Positions 1-9,033 of a DNA stretch of 13,692 nucleotides are shown piece after piece. Under the pieces are notes generated by a model that was not told the origin of the DNA, ran no database searches, and saw only the letters and a list, made by a program, of their open reading frames with translations. This DNA comes from a virus (Duplodnaviria; Heunggongvirae; Uroviricota; Caudoviricetes), in IMG/VR virus record IMGVR_UViG_2660238346_000020; one strand, written 5' to 3'. The first letter of the stretch is position 1. Every line of letters starts with the position of its first letter. The translations under genes were made by a program, and so were the position numbers.

Positions 1-277
1 AGAACGCCTTATCCGGCCTACGGGAACAGTGCTTTTTGTGGGCCTGATAAGATGCGTTAAGCGTCGCATCAGGCATTATGGCGCAGTTGCCGGATGCGGC
101 GAGAACGCCTTATCCGGCCTACGGGAACAGTGCTTTTTGTGGGCCTGATAAGATGCGTTAAGCGTCGCATCAGGCATTATGGCGCAGTTGCCGGATGCGG
201 CATGAACGCCTTATCCGGCCTACGGGAACAGTGCTTTTTGTGGGCCTGATAAGACGCGTTAAGCGTCGCATCAGGCA
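1..277. repeat. Tandem REP/BIME-type repeats: about 2.7 copies of a ~101-bp unit (copies begin at 1, 102, 203), each containing two palindromic REP-like elements
   Basis: Direct: near-identical 101-bp units repeat at period 101, with point differences (gatgcg vs gacgcg; gagaacg vs catgaacg). Each unit holds the imperfect palindromes gcctgataagatgcgttaagcgtcgcatcaggc and gccggatgcggcg...cgccttatccggc, typical of E. coli REP sequences. The first copy may be cut by the window edge. Confidence 0.85.
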
Positions 278-283
278 ACAAAC

Positions 284-589
284 TCACGGGTGAGCCACAA
301 ACCGGGAAAGCCGCTGGCGCAGCAGGCGGTTTTCCTGCTTCAGGTGCGCAATATCATCCATTAACGTCAGCGCCACCGCGATCCCCGGCCAGTCCAGAGC
401 CAGTTCATGACGCAGGCGTACCGCGCGTTGCACCACAATGGCGGCATGGTCGTCAAATACCCAGGTTGTCTCCTGGATCTCACTCGGTTCAACCACCCCC
501 AAACCGACAATTTCATTCAACTCCTCTTCAGAGATGCCGGTATGCAGGCAAAATTCGGTAATAGTAAAAGTCACCGTAACATTAGCCAT
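284..589 (-). CDS. cbpM: CbpM, chaperone modulator of CbpA (101 aa)
   Basis: Translation [33 protein letters not shown]... matches CbpM as I recall it. ATG at 587-589 chosen over the upstream TTG of the listed ORF. Its ATG overlaps the cbpA stop (TAATG), the conserved cbpA-cbpM arrangement. Confidence 0.88.
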   Translation of the reverse strand: MANVTVTFTITEFCLHTGISEEELNEIVGLGVVEPSEIQETTWVFDDHAAIVVQRAVRLRHELALDWPGIAVALTLMDDIAHLKQENRLLRQRLSRFVAHP

Positions 590-1509
590 TATGCTTTCCC
601 CCAATCTTTACGTGGATCAAAAGACGACTGGGCGTCTGCCAGTTGCTGCCACAGCGCGGCAGTGTTTTCATCCGGTTTCGGCGGCATCACGATTTTCAGT
701 ACCGCATACAGATCGCCGGTCTGTTTTTTGCTCACCAGACCTTTGCCTTTAACGCGCAATCGTTGCCCGGCCTGGCTGCCAGGCGGGATAGTCAGCAAAA
801 TGCTTTCTTTCAGTGTTGGAACGGTGACTTTAGTACCCAGCGCCGCTTCCCACGGGCTAACCGGCACCACTATTTCCAGATCCTGGCCGACAATATCAAA
901 CAGCGGATGTGGCGCAATGTGAATCACCAGCCACAGGTCGCCATTTGGACCGCCGTTTTCGCCCGGCGTCCCCTGGCCTTTCAGGCGGATGCGTTGACCA
1001 TTGCCGACGCCCGCCGGGATCTTCACATTCAGCGTTTTCGGGATTTCCTGTTCGATCATGCCAAAGGCGTTATAAACCGGCAGGTTATAGCTGATGGTAC
1101 GCTTATGCTCAGTAAGCGTTTCTTCGAGGAATACCGCCACTTCGATTTCAATATCGTGGCCGCGTGTGGCGGGGCGTTGACGGCTCTGGCGGGCATGCTG
1201 ACCGAAAATTGACGAGAAGATATCGTCAAAATCTTCGGCGTTAAAACTCTGACCGTCGCCATGATGGAACTGACGGTTAAATTGCGGATCGTTGCGATGT
1301 TGCCACATCTGATCATACTCAGCGCGACGTTGTTCATCACTTAACACTTCCCAGGCTTCAGCGACCTCTTTGAAGCGGGCTTCGGCATCAGGTTCTTTGC
1401 TGACATCAGGATGGTATTTGCGGGCCAGTCGACGATAGGCGGTCTTGATTGTCTTGAGATCGTCCGTCGGTTTCACGCCCATGATGGCGTAATAATCCTT
1501 TAATTCCAT
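589..1509 (-). CDS. cbpA: Curved DNA-binding protein CbpA, DnaJ-family co-chaperone (306 aa)
   Basis: N-terminal J domain (DYYAIMGV...[32 protein letters not shown] with HPD motif) followed by DnaJ-like C-terminal domains; full-length ORF. Confidence 0.95.
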   Translation of the reverse strand: MELKDYYAIMGVKPTDDLKTIKTAYRRLARKYHPDVSKEPDAEARFKEVAEAWEVLSDEQRRAEYDQMWQHRNDPQFNRQFHHGDGQSFNAEDFDDIFSSIFGQHARQSRQRPATRGHDIEIEVAVFLEETLTEHKRTISYNLPVYNAFGMIEQEIPKTLNVKIPAGVGNGQRIRLKGQGTPGENGGPNGDLWLVIHIAPHPLFDIVGQDLEIVVPVSPWEAALGTKVTVPTLKESILLTIPPGSQAGQRLRVKGKGLVSKKQTGDLYAVLKIVMPPKPDENTAALWQQLADAQSSFDPRKDWGKA

Positions 1510-2043
1510 AGCGTTATCTCGCGTAAATCAACACAAATTGAAGGAACCCCTGTAAGGTAACTCCTATAAGTGTAGGGTAATCCTCAAAATTTCATATGCC
1601 AACACAGAATATGTTATTGAAATCATCGCGGAGGGGAGGTCGCCTCAAGGTGGGAGGAACATATTTTATTTACCTCACTCCTGAACTTTTGGCTCATGCT
1701 TACAAGTTAAACAATAAGGAAAGGAATGCACAACTCGACTATTTAAATCGTTATGCAATTTAATGATAAAGACATGTGCTAAAAACCATTTCTATTAGTC
1801 TCACATTCTTTTTTTATTGGTAATGGTAACGCCGCTGATTTTCTTTATAGCTACTGATGTAATCATTAGCGGCGTAAACGAGGCCGGGGCTAATCAGGCA
1901 TAGTTTGCGTCAAAACTTGCCTGTTTTTAAAGGGGAATATAGAAAAACAGGCGTTCAACGAGCCATTTTGCGAACCTGTTCCCGGAAAAATGACATATTT
2001 CTGTCACACTCTTTAATTATTGATAACAAAAGAGGTGTGAGGA
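1510..2043. promoter_or_regulatory. Divergent intergenic region that must carry the cbpA (leftward) and agp (rightward) promoters; AT-rich tract about 1690-1830
   Basis: Inference from divergent gene orientation and a 534-bp non-coding gap. No convincing -35/-10 pair identified by eye. agp has a good RBS (gaggtgtgagga before ATG 2044). Confidence 0.4.
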
Positions 2044-3285
2044 ATGAACAAAACGCTAATCGCCGCAACTGTAGCAGGGATAGTTTTACTCGCTTCAAAT
2101 GCTCAGGCACAAACCGTACCGGAAGGCTATCAGCTACAGCAAGTGCTCATGATGAGCCGCCATAACTTACGTGCGCCGCTGGCGAACAATGGCAGTGTGC
2201 TGGAGCAGTCGACGCCGAATAAATGGCCTGAATGGGACGTCCCCGGTGGGCAGCTCACCACTAAAGGGGGCGTGCTCGAAGTGTATATGGGCCATTATAT
2301 GCGTGAATGGCTGGCAGAACAGGGGATGGTGAAATCAGGGGAATGCCCGCCACCGGACACCGTTTATGCCTATGCCAATAGTCTGCAACGCACCGTCGCG
2401 ACCGCGCAGTTCTTTATTACTGGCGCATTCCCTGGGTGTGATATTCCTGTTCATCACCAGGAAAAAATGGGCACTATGGACCCCACCTTTAACCCAGTGA
2501 TCACCGATGATTCCGCCGCATTCAGTGAACAGGCGGTGGCGGCAATGGAGAAAGAGCTCAGCAAACTCCAGCTTACCGACAGCTACAAGCTACTGGAACA
2601 AATCGTTAACTATAAAGATTCTCCTGCGTGTAAAGAGAAGCAACAATGTTCGCTTGTAGATGGCAAAAATACCTTTAGCGCGAAGTATCAACAAGAACCG
2701 GGCGTTTCCGGGCCGCTGAAAGTCGGCAACTCGCTGGTAGATGCGTTTACTTTGCAATACTACGAAGGTTTTCCGATGGATCAGGTGGCCTGGGGAGAAA
2801 TCAAATCTGACCAGCAGTGGAAGGTGTTGTCGAAGCTGAAAAACGGTTACCAGGACAGCCTGTTTACCTCACCGGAAGTGGCGCGCAATGTTGCGAAACC
2901 GCTGGTCAGTTATATCGACAAAGCCCTGGTCACCGATCGCACCAGTGCACCGAAAATCACGGTATTAGTTGGGCACGACTCCAACATTGCCTCTCTGTTA
3001 ACGGCGCTGGATTTCAAACCGTATCAGTTGCATGACCAGAACGAACGCACGCCGATTGGCGGCAAAATCGTTTTCCAGCGTTGGCATGACAGCAAAGCCA
3101 ATCGCGACCTGATGAAAATTGAATATGTGTACCAGAGTGCGGAACAGTTACGTAATGCCGATGCGTTAACCCTGCAGGTACCTGCGCAGCGCGTGACGCT
3201 GGAATTAAGCGGTTGCCCGATAGATGCCAACGGTTTTTGCCCAATGGATAAGTTTGATAGCGTATTGAATGAAGCGGTGAAATAA
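2044..3285 (+). CDS. agp: Periplasmic glucose-1-phosphatase, histidine acid phosphatase family (413 aa)
   Basis: N-terminal signal peptide ([22 protein letters not shown]) and histidine acid phosphatase active-site motif RHNLRAP; full-length match to Agp as recalled. Confidence 0.95.
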   Translation: MNKTLIAATVAGIVLLASNAQAQTVPEGYQLQQVLMMSRHNLRAPLANNGSVLEQSTPNKWPEWDVPGGQLTTKGGVLEVYMGHYMREWLAEQGMVKSGECPPPDTVYAYANSLQRTVATAQFFITGAFPGCDIPVHHQEKMGTMDPTFNPVITDDSAAFSEQAVAAMEKELSKLQLTDSYKLLEQIVNYKDSPACKEKQQCSLVDGKNTFSAKYQQEPGVSGPLKVGNSLVDAFTLQYYEGFPMDQVAWGEIKSDQQWKVLSKLKNGYQDSLFTSPEVARNVAKPLVSYIDKALVTDRTSAPKITVLVGHDSNIASLLTALDFKPYQLHDQNERTPIGGKIVFQRWHDSKANRDLMKIEYVYQSAEQLRNADALTLQVPAQRVTLELSGCPIDANGFCPMDKFDSVLNEAVK

Positions 3286-3292
3286 CAGAAAA

Positions 3293-3315
3293 CTCCCCCG
3301 CGTGAAGCGGGGGAG
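3293..3315 (-). terminator. Stem-loop between convergent agp and yccJ; intrinsic terminator mainly for the minus-strand yccJ-wrbA transcript
   Basis: Direct: ctcccccgc (3293-3301), loop gtgaa, gcgggggag (3307-3315), a 9-bp GC-rich stem. On the minus strand the stem is followed by TTTTCTGTT; on the plus strand the trailing tract is less U-rich. Confidence 0.6.
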
Positions 3316-3322
3316 TCGCTGG

Positions 3323-3550
3323 TTAAACGTTTTTACGTTCGATGGTCTGTTCGCCCCAAAAAAGCGAATCTTTATCGGTCTTAGCAAAGGCTTTGACTAA
3401 CACTTCATCGCTACCTTCTTCCCAAATCTTTTCCGCCATTTTTTCGTCGTACCCGGCGACTTCGAAAATGGCCTCGGCTATTTCCGGCGACGTATTGCGC
3501 AGAGATGCCCATTCACCGACGTGATGAGCTTTCGCTTCTTGAGTTGGCAT
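3323..3550 (-). CDS. yccJ: YccJ, small conserved protein of unknown function (75 aa)
   Basis: Full-length [40 protein letters not shown]... with AGGAGG RBS, directly downstream of wrbA as in E. coli. Confidence 0.88.
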
Positions 3551-3570
3551 GCGTATCCTCCTGTTGAAGA

Positions 3571-4149
3571 TTAGCCGTTAAGTTTAACTGCCAGACCTGC
3601 GACATATTCCCCTTGATAACGAGCAATAGACAGTTCTTCCTGGCTGGGCTGGCGTGAACCGTCACCGCCTGCGATGGTGGTTGCGCCGTACGGCGTACCG
3701 CCGCGAACCTGTGAAACGTCAAATAATTCCTGCGCTGCGTAGCCAATGGGGACAATCACCATGCCGTGATGCGCAAGGGTCGTCCAGGTGGATGTGATGG
3801 TTTGTTCCTGACCGCCGCCAGTACCGGTGGAACTAAAGACGCTCGCCAGTTTTCCGTATAGTGCGCCGGAAGCCCACAGGCCGCCCGTCTGGTCGAGGAA
3901 GGTACGCATTTGACCGGACATGTTACCAAAGCGGGTAGGTGTACCAAAAATAATGGCGTCGTAATCGGCCAGTTCTTGCGGGGTTGCAACCGGTGCAGTT
4001 TGCGTTTTACCGCCTGCTTTTTCAAATAATTGCGGCGGCATGGTTTCCGGTACACGCTTAACGACAACTTCTGCGCCATCCACTTTGCTTGCACCCTCAG
4101 CAACTGCGCGTGCCATCGTTTCAACATGTCTAAGGATATGCTTTATCAT
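3571..4149 (-). CDS. wrbA: WrbA NAD(P)H:quinone oxidoreductase (flavodoxin-like) with a prophage-derived replacement N-terminus (192 aa)
   Basis: From [37 protein letters not shown]... to the C-terminus it reads as WrbA. The first residues MIKHILRHV replace the canonical MAKVLVLYYSMYGHI recalled for K-12, which contains the flavodoxin FMN phosphate-binding loop. The ORF is intact but the product is probably non-functional or altered. Confidence 0.8.
4112..4131. other. Approximate prophage/host junction (att core) inside the 5' end of wrbA
   Basis: Inference: the sequence leftward of about 4125 matches the recalled K-12 wrbA 5' coding sequence (ttgaaacgatggcacgcgcagttgctgagggtgc on the minus strand); rightward of about 4130 it diverges and runs straight into the integrase 3' end. 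Exact core limits need alignment to an uninterrupted wrbA. Confidence 0.5.
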
Positions 4150-5456
4150 TTTGAAAAATATAATTTTATTTCATCCTCCTGGTCACTTTGGGGCACGTCT
4201 GGGGCACGGGCATTAAGGACATTATTCAGCATAGCAACCTGAGTCACGCTGCACTCAGGCATCCATGCACCATAAACATTGTAGACCATGCTGGCGCTGG
4301 AGTGCCCCATCTGTGATGCAATAAATGTCGGGTTTGCTCCGGCAGATAAAGCCCAGCACGCATAAGTATGGCGTGACTGATATGCTTTCCGGGCTCTTAT
4401 ACCCGCTCTTTTCATTGCTGAGTCCCATGTTGCCCCGATGGAGCTTACCGCATAGTTAATACCCGCCTTGTGATTCTTGCGAACGATTTGCGGACAGAAA
4501 ACAAAAGTGCACTCGTGCAAAATTGTTCTTCCGTACTCGCGTAATTTAACGGTGATCTGATGCTGCCTGCCAAGACGAGTAAGCATCGCCTGGTTTTTAA
4601 GTGCTTCAATGGCTGGTGCCAGAAGATGTATAACCCGGTCGGTGCCAGCATCAGTCTTTGGTAGCGTAAAATCACCTATTTTTGTAAAATTTCTTCGCAC
4701 TGTTATCGTGCCAACTTTCAGGTCGATATCCTCCCATGCAAGTGCGGCAATTTCACCATGTCGCATCCCCGTAAAAACAGCCACTGTCCAGAGGTTTTTG
4801 GTCTGTTGATGATGACAGGCATCAATGAGGCGACCAAACTCCTCTCTGGTCAGTGGATCTGGCACAGGTTTTGATTTCCTCAGTGGTGTTATTGAATTAA
4901 ACGGGTTTTTCTCCAGATACCCGTTTTCAGCGGCAAAGCTGAACATCCCGGCAGTTGTTGTCATGTAATAGTTTACCGTGGGGACTGTTCTTCCTTTGTT
5001 GGTGGAAGTGTTTTTCCTGCTTTCCTTTTCCCCAGTCAGTAAATCTTTCCTGATGAACAGCAAATCCTCTTTTGTAATCGAGGATGCCAGTCTACCCACG
5101 CCAAGCCTCGGTAGCATATTTTTCATCACTGATTGATAACGATTTAAGGCGTTACTACTGATTTCCATTGCTTTCAGAGTAAGCCATTTCTGTGCCAGTT
5201 CACCGACGGTGATATCTTTTTTTACCAGGCCAAATAGCTTCAGGTTAGGTGAGTCAGGGAATCGCTCGGCATAATCAAACGTTCCTGTTCTGATTGCAAA
5301 GCAGACCGAAGCCCTTAACTCACCAGCGATCTTTCTGTTTTTCGGTGTATCGGGCACGCGAAGATTTTCGCGCACTCGTTTACCCCTGTACTTAAACGTT
5401 ATTCGGAGTTTTCCTCCGTGATTTTCAACGCCGGCTGGATAGGCTGAATTCGCCAT
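4146..5456 (-). CDS. int: Phage integrase, tyrosine site-specific recombinase (436 aa from the ATG at 5456)
   Basis: C-terminal catalytic region with the conserved recombinase residues ([11 protein letters not shown]; SRHTYACW...[13 protein letters not shown]). ATG at 5454-5456 has a strong AGGAGG RBS 4 nt upstream; the listed ORF extends 8 codons further to a GTG. The stop TGA overlaps the wrbA ATG. Confidence 0.9.
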   Translation of the reverse strand: MANSAYPAGVENHGGKLRITFKYRGKRVRENLRVPDTPKNRKIAGELRASVCFAIRTGTFDYAERFPDSPNLKLFGLVKKDITVGELAQKWLTLKAMEISSNALNRYQSVMKNMLPRLGVGRLASSITKEDLLFIRKDLLTGEKESRKNTSTNKGRTVPTVNYYMTTTAGMFSFAAENGYLEKNPFNSITPLRKSKPVPDPLTREEFGRLIDACHHQQTKNLWTVAVFTGMRHGEIAALAWEDIDLKVGTITVRRNFTKIGDFTLPKTDAGTDRVIHLLAPAIEALKNQAMLTRLGRQHQITVKLREYGRTILHECTFVFCPQIVRKNHKAGINYAVSSIGATWDSAMKRAGIRARKAYQSRHTYACWALSAGANPTFIASQMGHSSASMVYNVYGAWMPECSVTQVAMLNNVLNARAPDVPQSDQEDEIKLYFSK

Positions 5457-5508
5457 TGTTCCTCCTGCGTCCAAGAGCACGCTCAGGTTATACTCTTATG
5501 GACAAGAA

Positions 5509-5793
5509 TTAAACATCCTGAGATGGTAAGGGTTGGTTTTTAATCCAGGTGTTGATGGTAGGAAGATGATAGAGACATTCGCTGTTTTTCTTTGGCGTTC
5601 CGTCGGGGGCGATTTGTTTATATTCTCTGCCGTTCATCCACGCAGCGTCCCTGGCGCGTAATATGGTTCCTTTTCTCAGGCCTGTTACAGCCATTAAAAG
5701 CTCCAGTGTTACCCATTCATTCGCATTTATCTGTACAACAGGTGTGATGACTGGTTGAATGCCATGGCTATGTTGGTTTACGAACTCGCGCAT
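5509..5793 (-). CDS. xis: Putative excisionase / small DNA-binding protein immediately upstream of int (94 aa)
   Basis: Position directly upstream of int on the same strand, small size, basic residues (LRKGTILRARDAAWMNGREY). The assignment is positional; no strong sequence match recalled. Confidence 0.55.
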   Translation of the reverse strand: MREFVNQHSHGIQPVITPVVQINANEWVTLELLMAVTGLRKGTILRARDAAWMNGREYKQIAPDGTPKKNSECLYHLPTINTWIKNQPLPSQDV

Positions 5794-5810
5794 AAGTTAC
5801 CTCCGCATAT

Positions 5811-5837
5811 GTAAGAAAAAACCGCCCGAAGGCGGTT
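5811..5837 (-). terminator. Intrinsic terminator on the minus strand between orf86 and xis
   Basis: Direct: aaccgcc (5820-5826), loop cgaa, ggcggtt (5831-5837). On the minus strand the stem is followed by TTTTCT. Confidence 0.6.
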
Positions 5838-5838
5838 G

Positions 5839-6099
5839 TCAGTTGATTGATGTGCGGCGCATTTTTCGAAGGCTGGCAATATGCTTTTCCTTCTCAATTT
5901 CCGCTTTAATCATATGTAGTTCGTTGTGATCGATTCGCTCAAATTCTGCATTAAATGAGTTAATTGATGCGGCTCTGGTTTTCCCATCCAGCCTTCGGAA
6001 GATCACCTGTGTCAGCGTTACCTTGCAGACTTGAACCGGATAGTTGTTGGCGTCGACGAAGGACTGCCCGCGCTGGATCAGAACGAACACAGGTAGCAT
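5839..6099 (-). CDS. Hypothetical small phage protein in the xis-exo accessory slot (86 aa)
   Basis: ORF in the position lambda uses for the ea/orf60a accessory genes. The AAGGA Shine-Dalgarno abuts the ATG with no spacer, so the start (or the gene) is uncertain. Confidence 0.35.
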   Translation of the reverse strand: MLPVFVLIQRGQSFVDANNYPVQVCKVTLTQVIFRRLDGKTRAASINSFNAEFERIDHNELHMIKAEIEKEKHIASLRKMRRTSIN

Positions 6100-6137
6100 T
6101 CCTTAATTGTCATATCATTTGCACCTCGTTGCTACGG

Positions 6138-6813
6138 CTATCGCCATTGCTCCCCAAATACAAAACCAATTTCAGCCAGTGCCTCGTCCATTTTTTCGAT
6201 GAACTCCGGTACCATTTCGTCAAAAACCTCCATGTATTTTTCATCCCGTTCGACCACGACATAATGCAGGCCTTCACGCTTCATACGCGGGTCATAGTTG
6301 GCAAAGTACCAGGCATCTTTTCGCGTCACCCACATGCTGCACCTGGGCCATGTAAGCCGACTTTATGGCCTCGAAACCACCGAGCCGGAATTTCATGAAA
6401 TCCCGGGAGGTAAACGGGCATTTCAGTTCAAGGCCGTTGCCGTCACTGCATAAACCATCGGGAGAGCAGGCGGTGCGCATACTTTCGTCGCGATAGATGA
6501 TCGGGGATTCAGTAACATTCACGCCGGAAGTGAACTCAAAGAGGGCTCTGGCGTCGTTCTCGTACTGTTTTCCCCAGGCCAGCGCTTTAGCGTTAACTTC
6601 CGGAGCCACACCGGTGCAAACCTCAGCCAGCAGGGTGTGGAAGTAGGACATTTTCATGTCAGGCCATTTCTTTCCTGAGCGGGGTTTTGCTATCACGTTG
6701 TGAACTTCTGAAGCGGTGATGACGCCGAGCCGTAATTTGTGCCACGCATCATCCCCCTGTTCGACAGCTCTCACGTCGATCCCTGTACGTTGCAGGATAA
6801 TGTCCGGTGTCAT
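6138..6813 (-). pseudogene. exo: Lambda-type exonuclease (Red-alpha, exo) disrupted by a frameshift near 6335/6336
   Basis: ORF 6292..6813 encodes Exo residues [31 protein letters not shown]...SAYMAQVQ and then runs out of frame ([14 protein letters not shown]). ORF 6138..6335 in another frame encodes the Exo C-terminus [27 protein letters not shown]...[10 protein letters not shown]. Against lambda exo as recalled (..AQVQYSMWVTRK..), about 5 nt (tacag) are missing between cag and catg. Confidence 0.8.
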
Positions 6814-7595
6814 GCTGCTACCTTCTGCTCTGTGACTTTCTGTTTCAGGAATCCAAGAACCTTCACAGCTTCAGCCTGTGTTAGTTCTGAAGATGTGTAA
6901 ATGTTGCGGCGAAAAATCTGGGAACAGAGCGGCAACAGGTCGTCATCCCACGTTTTTTCCATGGAAGTAAGAAGGGCGTTAATTTCCGACATGGTTTCTT
7001 CGTTAACCGGGGTGATGTCGCGTTCCGGCTGACGTTCTGTAGTATATGCAGTATTTTCGACAATACGCTCGGCTTCATCCTTGTCATAGATGCCAGCAAA
7101 TCCGAAGGCCAGGCGAGCACACTGAATCATGGCTTTGTGCCGTAACATCCGTTTGGGATGCGACTGCCACGGTCCGGTGATTTCTCTGCCTTCGCGGGTT
7201 TTGAATGGTGTGCGGCGACATTCATCCATCCACTCGGTAACGCAGATCGGGTGATTGCGATCTTTGCGGTAAATCCGGCATGTACAGGACTCATTGTCCT
7301 GCTCAAAGTCCATGCCATCAAACTGCTGGTTTTCATTGATAATGCGGGACCAGCCATCAACGCCAACCACCGGAACGATGCCGTTCTGCTTGTCAGGGAA
7401 GGCGTAAATTTCTTTCGTCCAGGGATTAAGGCCGTACTGGTTGGCGACGATCAACAATGCGATAAATTGCGCATCGCTGGCATCACCTTTAAATGCCGTC
7501 TGGCGAAGAGTGGTGATTAGTTCCTGTGGGTCGACAGAATCCATGCCGACACGTTCAGCCAGCTTCCCTGCCAGCGTTGCGAGTGCTGTACTCAT
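6810..7595 (-). CDS. bet: Red-beta single-strand annealing protein Bet (261 aa), intact
   Basis: Near-identical over its full length to lambda Bet as recalled ([66 protein letters not shown]...KVAA). The stop overlaps the exo ATG (ATGA). Confidence 0.95.
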   Translation of the reverse strand: MSTALATLAGKLAERVGMDSVDPQELITTLRQTAFKGDASDAQFIALLIVANQYGLNPWTKEIYAFPDKQNGIVPVVGVDGWSRIINENQQFDGMDFEQDNESCTCRIYRKDRNHPICVTEWMDECRRTPFKTREGREITGPWQSHPKRMLRHKAMIQCARLAFGFAGIYDKDEAERIVENTAYTTERQPERDITPVNEETMSEINALLTSMEKTWDDDLLPLCSQIFRRNIYTSSELTQAEAVKVLGFLKQKVTEQKVAA

Positions 7596-7600
7596 CCGTT

Positions 7601-7897
7601 TTATACCTCTGAATCAATATTAATTTGGTGACGGGCGATGGTTTCAGCCATGTAGCGGATGTGTTCTGCCATGCGTTCCTGAAAATCGACATCGTCATCA
7701 AATGCACGGGAAATAGCTTTTTTGCTGGCCCCGTGACGTTGCAGATTATCGATGCATAGCGATTCAAACAGGTGTTGGGGCAGACCTTTTTCCAGGTCGT
7801 CTGCCAGCTCAGCTTCAGTTTCTTCACGGGCAATTTGCTGGTAGTGTCGTGCCCATGACTGCTCTTCAATGCGATCGGGGATAAGCCAGGCATTCAT
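7601..7897 (-). CDS. gam: Gam, RecBCD inhibitor (98 aa, GamS-length form)
   Basis: Matches lambda Gam (..[44 protein letters not shown]...[24 protein letters not shown]). Confidence 0.92.
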   Translation of the reverse strand: MNAWLIPDRIEEQSWARHYQQIAREETEAELADDLEKGLPQHLFESLCIDNLQRHGASKKAISRAFDDDVDFQERMAEHIRYMAETIARHQINIDSEV

Positions 7898-9033
7898 GAT
7901 TTATCACCTCCGAAATTTTCAAGCCTGTTGGCAATCATGATGGCGATATCAGGGATTGCTGGCGCTGTGGCTATACATGCGGGGTTGGCGCACAAACCAT
8001 AGACGGCGGCAATCACGAGCTGTCTTTTCCAGTCGAGAGTTACTGGCTCAGAATTGGCGTCATCGCCGGACGTATCACTGCCTGGCTCGTTCTGAACAAC
8101 GGTTTCGCCCTCCTGAGCGGCATCAACAGAGTTTTCCTGAATGATCTTCTCCTCAGTTTGTGCTGAGTCTTCTCCATCAGCGGCGTCATTTTCTCCAAAA
8201 GTTTCTGTGTAAGTGCTATCGCCCATTACCGCACTACAGTCAGGGCAGTTACCCCCGCCAGTCTGACCACAGACGCGGCAGTTTTTTTCCAGCTCCGGTT
8301 GCGCTACTGGCCCTGGCTGTTGCTCTTCTGGCCCGTTTTGTTGCGTATCCGGGCTGTTTTGTCCCGCTTCTGGGGCAATTTGTTCCACTTTGGACTGATT
8401 CTGGTCCTCAGTGTCGCGAGTCTGGATCCCCTTCACCCACTTCGGATCAGCAGGGTTACTGATGCCTTCAACGAATTCTCCACGCGAGGCAGCCAGTAAT
8501 TTGTCGGCATCGACTGGATTTTTTGGGGGGATGTTTTCCCTGGCTTTATTGAGTTCCTCCCTCAGTTCCTGGTATTTCGTTTCTACAGATGAGACATTTT
8601 CCAGTGATTGCGTGTCCTCATTATGTTTAACTGGAATTTCTTCCACTGATTCAGGCGCTGCCTGTTCATTAGCCATTGTGTCCGATGCTTGTTGCTTTTC
8701 TTCATCGCCATGTTTTCCTTCTGCTGTTCCGCGCTGCGGCATCGGTGCTGATGAGCGACCGCAGGCAATTTCCACGATTTCCGGATCCGGGTTAGCGTGA
8801 TCGGTTTCGGTCAACACTTTGTTGAGATATTCAGTCACGCGTGCCGGGATGGCCTCAATGCCGATTGGTGCTTCTTTCACGGAAGCCACCACAATGGCGC
8901 GGGAATAATCCAGCCCACCGGGCATGGCGATAAATTTGTCGCGAAAAACAGAAAAGGGCGGCTTATTCTCTGACACGATTTCTTCAACGCGTTTTGCGTG
9001 TGCTGGGTGCAGGTTATAAATATCCACATCCAT
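7894..9033 (-). CDS. Hypothetical phage accessory protein, 379 aa: N-terminal domain, long acidic/Gln/Pro-rich low-complexity region, CxxC-x7-CxxC zinc-ribbon-like motif, hydrophobic C-terminal segment
   Basis: Long ORF whose stop overlaps the gam ATG (ATGA), implying co-transcription and coupling. Motif [15 protein letters not shown] encoded at about 8230-8290. No recognisable family. The frame stays open a further 50 codons upstream (to 9183) with no start codon. Confidence 0.55.
   Translation of the reverse strand: MDVDIYNLHPAHAKRVEEIVSENKPPFSVFRDKFIAMPGGLDYSRAIVVASVKEAPIGIEAIPARVTEYLNKVLTETDHANPDPEIVEIACGRSSAPMPQRGTAEGKHGDEEKQQASDTMANEQAAPESVEEIPVKHNEDTQSLENVSSVETKYQELREELNKARENIPPKNPVDADKLLAASRGEFVEGISNPADPKWVKGIQTRDTEDQNQSKVEQIAPEAGQNSPDTQQNGPEEQQPGPVAQPELEKNCRVCGQTGGGNCPDCSAVMGDSTYTETFGENDAADGEDSAQTEEKIIQENSVDAAQEGETVVQNEPGSDTSGDDANSEPVTLDWKRQLVIAAVYGLCANPACIATAPAIPDIAIMIANRLENFGGDKS

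Noticed and set aside
1-277. Tandem repeats as a possible CRISPR array
   Set aside because: The 101-bp units are contiguous with no unique spacers, and they contain REP-type palindromes; this is a BIME/REP array, not CRISPR.
407-1340. Plus-strand ORFs 407..922, 438..752, 643..1212, 909..1094 and minus-strand ORF 1056..1340
   Set aside because: All lie inside cbpM/cbpA, mostly on the opposite strand or in alternative frames. cbpA and cbpM are full-length and well supported, so these are frame shadows.
1905-2165. ORF 1905..2165 (+) overlapping the agp start
   Set aside because: It overlaps the agp signal-peptide region in a different frame and has no RBS or recognisable product.
2817-3387. 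ORFs 2817..3035 (+), 3014..3244 (-), 3024..3230 (-), 3205..3387 (-), 3342..3524 (+), 3513..3755 (-), 3756..4127 (-), 4030..4242 (+)
   Set aside because: They overlap the well-supported agp, yccJ, wrbA or int genes in alternative frames or on the opposite strand.
4445-4809. ORFs 4445..4675 (-) and 4609..4809 (+) inside int
   Set aside because: They are embedded in the integrase gene; frame shadows.
5964-6398. ORF 5964..6398 (+), 144 aa
   Set aside because: It overlaps orf86 and the exo C-terminal fragment on the opposite strand; the translated product is Arg/Cys/Pro-rich junk with no family features.
6881-7893. ORFs 6881..7120, 7127..7366, 7158..7520, 7441..7623, 7555..7893
   Set aside because: They lie inside bet or gam, which match lambda Bet and Gam over their full lengths; alternative-frame shadows.
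7956-8800. ORFs 7956..8144, 8160..8462, 8299..8499, 8411..8800 (+) and 8583..8768 (-)
   Set aside because: They overlap orf379 on the opposite strand or in other frames. Low-complexity GC-skewed coding sequence commonly yields long spurious antisense ORFs.
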